From Candidatus Iainarchaeum sp. (GTDB taxonomy: Archaea; Iainarchaeota; Iainarchaeia; Iainarchaeales; VGJJ01), in assembly GCA_016198125.1 (NCBI GenBank), contig JACQJG010000013.1, positions 1 through 62,618 of the forward strand: a stretch of 62,618 bases of DNA, in the 5' to 3' direction. Made by a program: the position numbers and the translations under genes. A model generated the notes under the pieces. It was given only the letters and a program-made list of their open reading frames with translations. It made no database searches and was not told the DNA's origin. This document shows, piece after piece, positions 11,373-18,531 of this stretch (position 1 is its first letter; each line of letters starts with the position of its first letter).

Positions 11373-12035
11373 ATGTGCATGAAAGGAAACGTGCGTACAA
11401 AGACCCTAAAACAAGAAACGTTAAGGAAGACAAAACGCCTGGAGGTAAAGCCCATGCGTCTAACTCCAAAAGACCTTTCTTCTACTTACAATAAAGCCGT
11501 GTGGTGGGCGGTAAGAAGATACTGGCCATATCCCCCAAAAAGGACTGTTCAAGGGTATGGCATTGAGGACGTGCACCAATTGGCGGTAAGCAAAATGATA
11601 GAAGACCTGCACGCAAACAAATACGACCCTGCACGTTCATCGCCTGGCACGTGGATTCCCCTGCGGGTAAAGTCAATCATAAACAATGTGCTTGATCACA
11701 TTCATGCAAAGCACCATCCAAAACCTCTTTCCAGCAATGCCTTGCGTCTTATTCCAGACCCGAACGGGCATCCATCACGCGTAGAAGTGCAAGAATTAAT
11801 GGACGCGATAAAACAATTTCCGCGTGCAGAACAGGAGGTATTGCTGGGTTGGGCCCAGGGGTTCAGCACTGAAGAGATTGCGCATAAGCATGCACGCTTT
11901 CGAACACGCCAACGCGTGAAGCAGATTTTCCGGAGGGCCATTAACGAACTTCAATACTATTATAAAAACGGCAGGCTTCCTTCAAGCGTCGCTCAACGGC
12001 GCACAACGCAAGCGCGCATTAAAAAATCCGCGTGA
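11373..12035 (+). CDS. Sigma-70/ECF-like protein (region 2-like plus region 4-like HTH)
   Basis: IEDVHQLAVSKMIEDLHANKYDPARSSPGTWIPLRVKSIINNVLD resembles sigma region 2 (AEDLxQExF...FDPxRGSFxTWLxxIARNxxxD). FPRAEQEVLLGWAQGFSTEEIAHKHARFRTRQRVKQIFRRAINEL resembles region 4 (LPxRxRxVxxLxxxEGLSxxEIAxxLGxSxGTVKSRLxRAR). Confidence 0.5.
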   Translation: MCMKGNVRTKTLKQETLRKTKRLEVKPMRLTPKDLSSTYNKAVWWAVRRYWPYPPKRTVQGYGIEDVHQLAVSKMIEDLHANKYDPARSSPGTWIPLRVKSIINNVLDHIHAKHHPKPLSSNALRLIPDPNGHPSRVEVQELMDAIKQFPRAEQEVLLGWAQGFSTEEIAHKHARFRTRQRVKQIFRRAINELQYYYKNGRLPSSVAQRRTTQARIKKSA

Positions 12036-12054
12036 AAAAAAAACGTTCAGCCTT

Positions 12055-13314
12055 TCATTGTGGAGGCCACACGCTTGTACCCGGATGAAAAGCCGTCCAC
12101 GCAAACCAGAACGTGCGAATGCTTGGAACAACTGAAAGCGTTTTTCCCTTAAGCGGGCCTTCAAGACCCTGGCCTGAAAAAGACCATTTTGTTTGAGTGG
12201 CAGTGTCCACAAGGACTCCATCCTTCAACTCGAACTCCAGTTCCTGGCCATCCAATACGCGGTCAAATAATTTTATGGCTTGCGCGTCATTGCTCCATAC
12301 GACAAGAATTTTTTGACCCTTGAACGTGTCATTCACAATCCCTGTTTTTTGCACTTCCATTTCCACCCAAGCCTTAAACTGGCCTTCCAATTCAATCCCC
12401 TGCACCCACGCTTTGGAATGATACTTGGAACTGCCGGAAGCTGGAAATAGTGTGGAATCCTCGGACTCATAGTTTCCATAGGGATAACTCTCATACGTGC
12501 CAGGACTGTAAATGTCCTGGACGTTGGACAATACCTTTGTGTCAGGGTGCACTTCTTTCCACTCTTTCCACGTTGTAACGCTCAATGGAATCCATTGCAA
12601 CCGATAGCCGCTCAAAGGCCCCTGAATGCCTTCCCCTGAAATCTGCGACCAGTACGTTTCCGTTTTTCGGTCGTACATGATTAAATCGGATTGGTAGAGT
12701 TTGCCTGAAACCCCCAATTTAACGGGTTCACTTAAAACGATGCGGTGGAATGCAACGCCGCTCCCGCACAACGGACAATACGTTACTGCAAACGGTTTTT
12801 CATTTATTTCATCGTTTACAATTTCATGGTAATCCAAAATTTTTACCGGGTACGCGCGCGCTACCCCGTCAATTTCAATGCCCAGGATGCGCGCGCCTTC
12901 TTCAAGCCATGCACTGGCTTCTTGAACGCCCACGAATTTTGGCTGATCAATGGAAGGAATGCAGTCTTTGCCTCCAAAACAGCCCTGCAAAATCTCGCTT
13001 TGAGAAACAGTCTTCAAGTATTCTGTTCCACTCCCATCAATCCCGATGGCTTCTTTGCCGTACACTTTTTTTGCAGAAAATTTTTTGAAGTATTCAACAT
13101 CCACCTTCACACCTGAAGGGCTTTCCAATGTAGGCAAAGAAGAAGGTCCTATTTTCCCATTGCTGGATTGAGGGAAAACAGAAGAGGAATTGTTTGAATT
13201 TTGAGGCCCTATTTTGAGGGTTGAATCCTGGAGGACTGCAGGCGAGCCCTCAGGCGAACCCAAACACCCAAGAAAAACCAGGCCCCCCAGGAGAACAAAC
13301 AAGAGCACTTTCAT
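12055..13314 (-). CDS. DUF3179-domain secreted or lipid-anchored protein
   Basis: It has the AYPVKILDYHEIVND...VTYCPLCGSGVAF signature. The N-terminus MKVLLFVLLGGLVFLGC looks like a lipobox signal. The start is placed at Met26 of the track ORF. Confidence 0.7.
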   Translation of the reverse strand: MKVLLFVLLGGLVFLGCLGSPEGSPAVLQDSTLKIGPQNSNNSSSVFPQSSNGKIGPSSLPTLESPSGVKVDVEYFKKFSAKKVYGKEAIGIDGSGTEYLKTVSQSEILQGCFGGKDCIPSIDQPKFVGVQEASAWLEEGARILGIEIDGVARAYPVKILDYHEIVNDEINEKPFAVTYCPLCGSGVAFHRIVLSEPVKLGVSGKLYQSDLIMYDRKTETYWSQISGEGIQGPLSGYRLQWIPLSVTTWKEWKEVHPDTKVLSNVQDIYSPGTYESYPYGNYESEDSTLFPASGSSKYHSKAWVQGIELEGQFKAWVEMEVQKTGIVNDTFKGQKILVVWSNDAQAIKLFDRVLDGQELEFELKDGVLVDTATQTKWSFSGQGLEGPLKGKTLSVVPSIRTFWFAWTAFHPGTSVWPPQ

Positions 13315-13413
13315 ATTAAACCCGCGCAACCGATAAATAAATGCATTTCCCCAAATTGAAGGCAGGCCCCAAAGAGAATGGCTTTTCATTTTTTGGGTTA
13401 GAGAACGGCGTTT

Positions 13414-14268
13414 CTACGGCGCTAATACTTCACGCAACACGCGGTTCACAAAGTCCATGGGCCCGTCACCAGAGATAAGAGCATCATAACGCTCCTTATA
13501 CAACAAAAGGTTAACATTATTTCTTTCATTCAAGAAACCAATTTTCAGGACTGTTTTATGCGGCAGGCCTTCTACCATATCAATGTCTTCCAAGGAATCC
13601 CCTAACAGCAAGACATTGGGCCGGTTCAAAACCTCCTTTTCATAAGGGGTTCCCTTCACGTGGCCTTCATTCTTGCTAAGCGTGTGAATAATATGAGAAG
13701 CATTCTTGTATCCTAGCACGCGGCCTTGCGCATCCAATTCATAAAAATTGGCTAACACGTGAACGTTGGAAGTCAAGCATTTTTTTAAGGTCAGAAAGCG
13801 CGTAATCATGTCCCCAGAAGCCGCAGAAAAAACAAGCACGGGAATGTTATGCGTCTCTAGAATCTTAAAAAAGTCAATAACCCCTTCACGCAGAGGGATC
13901 AACTCTTTTTCAAGAATGTCCTCCCAAATGCCCATGTTCATTCCATACTTGTGCAAAACCTGAATATGCACACTCCACCATTCATTCATTTTTTTCGAGC
14001 GCTCAGCCAGTGAAAGACTCTGATTCTCTTCAAACGGATGATAGTAGTCAAACAACCGCTTGTATTCTCTGGCATATTCTGGCCCCAAGTAATTCCCTTC
14101 CATGACTAATTGAATGGCTCCTGGAAGTTTCTTGGCATTCACAAACGCTTTGGTGAGCGTGCTGTCAAAGTCTGCCACTACGTGCAATGCACGAGCCCCC
14201 CCTGCAACCAATGCGCGCTTTTTTTCTTCGAATGCACGCGGAGTGTACGGAACCCAGTTATTTGACAT
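13414..14268 (-). CDS. Pyrimidine 5'-nucleotidase, eukaryote-type (UMPH-1 / NT5C3 family HAD)
   Basis: Motif I is VVADFDSTLTK. IPVLVFSAASGDMI matches PVFIFSAGIGD of NT5C3, and LLLGDSLEDIDMVEG matches ILLGDSQGDLRMADG. Confidence 0.75.
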   Translation of the reverse strand: MSNNWVPYTPRAFEEKKRALVAGGARALHVVADFDSTLTKAFVNAKKLPGAIQLVMEGNYLGPEYAREYKRLFDYYHPFEENQSLSLAERSKKMNEWWSVHIQVLHKYGMNMGIWEDILEKELIPLREGVIDFFKILETHNIPVLVFSAASGDMITRFLTLKKCLTSNVHVLANFYELDAQGRVLGYKNASHIIHTLSKNEGHVKGTPYEKEVLNRPNVLLLGDSLEDIDMVEGLPHKTVLKIGFLNERNNVNLLLYKERYDALISGDGPMDFVNRVLREVLAP

Positions 14269-14494
14269 AAAATACCCCCACCCCTTTTGGGATATAAACA
14301 GACCTGATTAAAAACAACGCCGGGGTTCACAGCCCATGAAAAGGTGTATGGCCGTTATTGATGGGCCAACAGGTCAGGAAAAACAACGTGAGAACATGAG
14401 CTGTAAAGTTAAGCGTCACTTAAATCTTTTCAAAAACCAAAAGTTGGGCTAAAACCAAAACGTTAATAAATGTCCAAAACTAAAATAACACATT

Positions 14495-15064
14495 ATGACA
14501 AAGAGAAATAAAAAGGAGTTTTCATCCGAACCACATATAGAACTGCTCATCGCATTGAAAGCCCGTTTTGAGAAAAACATGAACCGCCATAAAGGCCTTG
14601 AATGGGCTAAAGTACAAGCAAAGGTGGAGGCTAATACTGAAAAACGGTGGTCGCTCAATGAAATGGAACGAACGGGCGGCGAACCCGACGTGGTTGGCCA
14701 CGATAAAAAGACGGGTGAATACATTTTTTATGATTGTTCAGCGGAAAGTCCTAAAGGCCGCAGAAGTCTTTGTTACGACCGTAAAGCACTGGAAGAAAGG
14801 AAAGAATTCAAACCCAAAGACAGCGCTGTTGATATGGCAGCCGCCATGGGCATTGAGCTTTTAACGGAAGAACAATATCGAGAGTTGCAGAAGCTGGGAG
14901 CGTTCGATACGAAAACGTCGAGCTGGGTGAAAACCCCTTCCAATATTAGAAAACGCGGCGGCGCCCTCTTTTGTGACCGCCGCTACGACACCGTCTTTGT
15001 GTACCACAACGGCGCAGAATCCTACTATGCCGCTAGGGCATTCCGCGGCGCGCTAAGGGTTTAA
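14495..15064 (+). CDS. DUF4256-like protein
   Basis: RFEKNMNRHKGLEWAKVQAKVEAN...WSLNEMERTGGEPDVV matches my recollection of the mostly bacterial DUF4256 family. The surrounding DNA is AT-rich. Confidence 0.5.
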   Translation: MTKRNKKEFSSEPHIELLIALKARFEKNMNRHKGLEWAKVQAKVEANTEKRWSLNEMERTGGEPDVVGHDKKTGEYIFYDCSAESPKGRRSLCYDRKALEERKEFKPKDSAVDMAAAMGIELLTEEQYRELQKLGAFDTKTSSWVKTPSNIRKRGGALFCDRRYDTVFVYHNGAESYYAARAFRGALRV

Positions 15065-15262
15065 TTTTGGAAGATGAATGAAACAAAAAAAGCGATAAAA
15101 TAAATTTACAACCCGGATTAATAATTCTGGACACACTCGTTCTGATTTTGCAGTCAAGATATGTTGGAAGGATATTTTTCCCCTCCATTCAAGTGCATTA
15201 GGAACCATCCGGTCATTTTTGGATAATGGTTAATATTTTTAATGAATCCCGTGCATTGTTCA

Positions 15263-16078
15263 TTATTTTGTGAGTTGAATGAGTGCCTGGGGGTTATTAA
15301 TGTCTCGCTTGTTTGGAAAGCCAAAATAGCGTGTTTTCACACGATATCCCATTCTTTCACATAATTTTGTCCACTCCTCGGTTGTTCGGTACGAGTAAGG
15401 CATTGGAATTTTAGCGCGGCCTGAAAGAACCTTATTGGCAACCCAATCGAGCATGGACATTACTTTCTGTCTCTCCCTTGGTTTTAGTCTCATAAATTTT
15501 GCCCATGTTCTGGCACCCTTTAAAGGCCTCTTTTTTGTCGAATAGGAGTCTTCGAGAATAATTACCTTTCCTTCATTGGGAAGGGCATCATATATTCCTT
15601 GCAAGTAACTCTTTTGATTGATCTTGGGCATATGGTGCAAACTCCAAGTTAGTGTAACTACATCAGGATGAAAGCTTTTCAGAATATTCTCAAGGGAATT
15701 TGGATTTATTTGTATGAATTCTGTTTTTGCATTTGAAAACAACTTCCATTCGGGGTACTGAGTTACATCGACTCCAATGATTTTTTTGAATCGATTATAT
15801 TTGGATAAGCGATAAGGTAATGCGCCTGTTCCACACCCAACATCTATTATCAGTTTAGCTGACGGAATATGGGGAATAAACTCGTTTTCAAGGAAACTTG
15901 GAGCGACCTTCTGTCGAAAACCAATCACATATTTTTTAGTAATTTCATTGAAGTGTTTATTTCTGAATTTTTTAATTTGGTCTTTTTCTAATGCTTTTAT
16001 TAGGTCTTTCCTAAAAACTTTTGAGAAACCAATCGAATGAAGACTTGCATTTACATCTTCAAAAATATATTTTCTCAA
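15263..16078 (-). CDS. Class I SAM-dependent methyltransferase
   Basis: Motif I is IIDVGCGTGALPYRL, followed by GVDV and VILEDSY. The gene is AT-rich. Confidence 0.75.
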   Translation of the reverse strand: MRKYIFEDVNASLHSIGFSKVFRKDLIKALEKDQIKKFRNKHFNEITKKYVIGFRQKVAPSFLENEFIPHIPSAKLIIDVGCGTGALPYRLSKYNRFKKIIGVDVTQYPEWKLFSNAKTEFIQINPNSLENILKSFHPDVVTLTWSLHHMPKINQKSYLQGIYDALPNEGKVIILEDSYSTKKRPLKGARTWAKFMRLKPRERQKVMSMLDWVANKVLSGRAKIPMPYSYRTTEEWTKLCERMGYRVKTRYFGFPNKRDINNPQALIQLTK

Positions 16079-16217
16079 CTATTCATTTGCCAAAATGGAG
16101 CGAATTTTAATGTCAAAGTTCAAGGAATGGTCAAAACGTTTTGTTGCCATTGATGAGGCCACCCAATCATTGTTTTTGTTACATTAGTGAAAACCTTTTC
16201 GACTTTTTGATTAAACC

Positions 16218-16233
16218 AGTGCCCCGAGCGGGA
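16218..16233 (-). repeat. Direct repeat of the tRNA-Glu 3' end (att-like, distal copy)
   Basis: agtgccccgagcggga is identical to 18455-18470, which covers the last 14 nt of tRNA-Glu plus 2 flanking nt. Confidence 0.85.
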
Positions 16234-16278
16234 AGTCGCACCGCCAGTCCGCATAACATCCCATGTTAGGGAGCCAAT

Positions 16279-16689
16279 CTATCTCTCTTTGCTGATTATT
16301 TCTTTGGTTGTCAATACTTTTACTGCGGATTGTTCCTGAAGGGCTTTATCATTGGACCATAGTGGGCAGTTCAAATGAAGAGCTAACGCAATATACGCGA
16401 TGTCCTTTTCATCAGGGGTAACTTCTATTGCTCTTTTCTTCTGACTTTTGAAATCCTCGAATGGAATAAGCGTAATGCCTGCCGCTTGAACAAGTTCATC
16501 AACCAATTCGTTCAACTCCTCCTCGCTCAACTTGGTTTTCTTCGTCAATTCGGGAATCTTTTCCTGAAATTCTTTCAGGGTGTATTCGGGTGCATAAAAA
16601 TCGTGTCCTGAAAAGAGTAGAATGGAACGAGTGGTGCCGTCCCTTATGAGCGCGGCAAACAAGATGTTAGCGTCAACAACTAGAATCAT
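16279..16689 (-). CDS. vapC: PIN-domain ribonuclease toxin (VapC-like)
   Basis: MILVVDANILFAA provides the first acidic residue. Later acidic positions are in TPDEKDIAYIALA and SNDK. It lies 6 nt downstream of the antitoxin gene. Confidence 0.8.
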   Translation of the reverse strand: MILVVDANILFAALIRDGTTRSILLFSGHDFYAPEYTLKEFQEKIPELTKKTKLSEEELNELVDELVQAAGITLIPFEDFKSQKKRAIEVTPDEKDIAYIALALHLNCPLWSNDKALQEQSAVKVLTTKEIISKER

Positions 16690-16695
16690 GGGGAA

Positions 16696-16920
16696 TCATC
16701 TTTCCATGAATCGTTTGGACACATTACTCTTTATCTTCCCACCTAAGGAAATGGCATCGGCTTCCGTCAATTCACTTTTGGAAAGCAACTTATCCATCTT
16801 TTCCATCAGACGAATCCGCTCCAAAATAGCCTTCCGCGCCACCGCGCTCCAATTCATCTCTGGAAACTGATGCATTTTGGCTTTCATCTCATCCGAAACC
16901 GAAATCGTAACCGTAGACAT
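16696..16920 (-). CDS. vapB: VapB-type antitoxin (archaeal RHH-like)
   Basis: MSTVTISVSDEMKAKMHQFPEMNWSAVARKAILERI... is a typical archaeal PIN-partner antitoxin. An SD GGAGGT lies 8 nt upstream. Confidence 0.7.
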   Translation of the reverse strand: MSTVTISVSDEMKAKMHQFPEMNWSAVARKAILERIRLMEKMDKLLSKSELTEADAISLGGKIKSNVSKRFMER

Positions 16921-16950
16921 AAAAGAACCTCCAATAGTAACTGTGTTAGC

Positions 16951-16967
16951 ACAGTATTTAATACTGT
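16951..16967. promoter_or_regulatory. 8+1+8 palindrome overlapping an AT-box; putative VapB operator or bidirectional promoter
   Basis: acagtatt-t-aatactgt lies 31-47 nt upstream of the vapB ATG and ~70 nt upstream of the small plus-strand ORF. Confidence 0.45.
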
Positions 16968-17037
16968 CTCCAAAAACGGATTAAAGGATAGGAAACAATA
17001 CGCAAAATCAGGTATTGAAAAAGCGTTTGGAGAGGCA

Positions 17038-17175
17038 ATGCCGGGATACCCAGCAGCCATCCTCACGGTTGGTATCATTATCCTTTCAGCAGTCGCGTTG
17101 ATTTATGGTGTCCTAAAAGATCCTCTTTTCTCTGGAATATGTTTGATTGCCGGATTCATAGTGGGGCTACTTTGA
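17038..17175 (+). CDS. Possible 45-aa two-TM hydrophobic peptide
   Basis: MPGYPAAILTVGIIILSAVALIYGVLKDPLFSGICLIAGFIVGLL is preceded by GGAGAGG 3 nt before the ATG. It is convergent with the TIR gene and overlaps its end by 9 nt. It is too short for strong support. Confidence 0.3.
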   Translation: MPGYPAAILTVGIIILSAVALIYGVLKDPLFSGICLIAGFIVGLL

Positions 17176-18408
17176 TTCGTTTAGCTGGACCAAAAATCCA
17201 GAAATGAGCGATTGCATATCCAAGACAACCCATTTCGTGATAATATTCTTGGATATATTTTGATTATAAGTTCGAATTTTATGAAGCAATGCGATATAAT
17301 CCTTCATTAGATTCTTTTTCCTCAGAAAGGATTCCAAAATTTCACCCTTCCTTTCTAACAAGTCATGAGCAATTGGTCGAATTTCATCAAGGTTATTATG
17401 ACTGAAGGAAATCGCGTTGGCTTGCGCTTCATGGCTAAGGCCTTCCAGTAACTGCTTGAAATCGACAAGATTTTCGTTTTCATCAGCCTCTTGGACGGGT
17501 GAAAAAAGAGGCGAAGGTAGGGCGACTTCGGTGAATTCAAATTGCATTCCTAGAGCTCGATTTATTTTTTCAGAAACAATCTTGTGAAAATTTGACTCAT
17601 TGATATCCGTAGCTTGTAATTCGAACAACATCCCGCTCGGCCTCTTTCCTTCAAAACAAAAATGAGTTATTTCTGGAATCCCTGCCTTTCGAAGTTGTCC
17701 ATGAGCGAATCCAACTTCTTGATTTCCATATGTAGAACGATGAAAATCACCCGTTACAATAACGAAAACATGAGTGCTCTCTTCAAGTTTCTCAGTTATC
17801 TGAGGATTCCATGGTTTATCATCAACAATGTCCTCGTGGGCGACAAATCCAACAATATTCACTTGTGCCAAATACTCTTTGAGGACTTTGGCAATATGTT
17901 TGTCATTGTGGTGATGACTGATAAATACAAATGGTAGGCGGGCAGTCGCAGTCCCAGTGAACTGGTCAAAAATGTCCGATTTCGTTTGAGTTAGTGCCTC
18001 GAGAGACATTATCCTTTCACTTTCTTGAATATCTATTGTTAGTTTTTGACTTGGGGATTTGGCCCGTAATTCAACCAGGTCATCATGGTAAACCTTCAAG
18101 GCACTTTTCACGACTTCTTTATGTTCGCTGACAGTATCGGAGTCCAAAATAGTTGTTTTATCGCTCCAATCTTTGGCGTCTTCCATTGCTTTCTCAATTT
18201 TTGATCGAACTTCTTTCCAATGGGCGGCGATATGAGCCCTTGTTTCGGGGGAGGCATTGGTCAAACGTGAACGAGTAATCTCGGCAAATTTGATTCTGGC
18301 AAATTTCAACGCTTCGAGAATTGTCGAAACGCTTTCTTCGTGAAACCCAACATAGTTTATGTTTGGCATAATATCGCCCGCTTCCATCCGTTTTTTAACC
18401 GCCGTCAT
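17167..18408 (-). CDS. TIR-domain protein with helical N- and C-terminal domains
   Basis: Residues ~158-275 read FVFISHHHNDKHIAKVLKEYLAQVNIVGFVAHEDIVDDKPWNPQITEKLEESTHVFVIVTGDFHRSTYGNQEVGFAHG. This matches the TIR_2 pattern (FISHxxxD ... W...I...l..s...vvl.S.....S.w...E...A), with the conserved Glu at E231. The start could instead be Met8 or Met14. Confidence 0.7.
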   Translation of the reverse strand: MTAVKKRMEAGDIMPNINYVGFHEESVSTILEALKFARIKFAEITRSRLTNASPETRAHIAAHWKEVRSKIEKAMEDAKDWSDKTTILDSDTVSEHKEVVKSALKVYHDDLVELRAKSPSQKLTIDIQESERIMSLEALTQTKSDIFDQFTGTATARLPFVFISHHHNDKHIAKVLKEYLAQVNIVGFVAHEDIVDDKPWNPQITEKLEESTHVFVIVTGDFHRSTYGNQEVGFAHGQLRKAGIPEITHFCFEGKRPSGMLFELQATDINESNFHKIVSEKINRALGMQFEFTEVALPSPLFSPVQEADENENLVDFKQLLEGLSHEAQANAISFSHNNLDEIRPIAHDLLERKGEILESFLRKKNLMKDYIALLHKIRTYNQNISKNIITKWVVLDMQSLISGFLVQLNESK

Positions 18409-18456
18409 CCATATCCAGTCCGGATTCCCGGACGTTATTCGGACTGGAAGGTAAAG

Positions 18457-18531
18457 TGCCCCGAGCGGGATTTGAACCCGCGTTACCGGCTTGAAAGGCC
18501 GGTGTCCTTGGCCGGGCTGGACGATCGGGGC
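18457..18531 (-). tRNA. tRNA-Glu(TTC)
   Basis: Reverse complement reads GCCCCGA TC GTCC AGCCCGGCCAA GGAC A CCGGC CTTTCAA GCCGG TAAC GCGGG TTCAAAT CCCGC TCGGGGC A. CCA is not encoded. Confidence 0.9.

Noticed and set aside
16079-16278. Split SSV-type integrase halves flanking the att-like repeat
   Set aside because: No ORF of meaningful length abuts either copy of the 16-bp repeat, so a partitioned integrase cannot be supported from this sequence.
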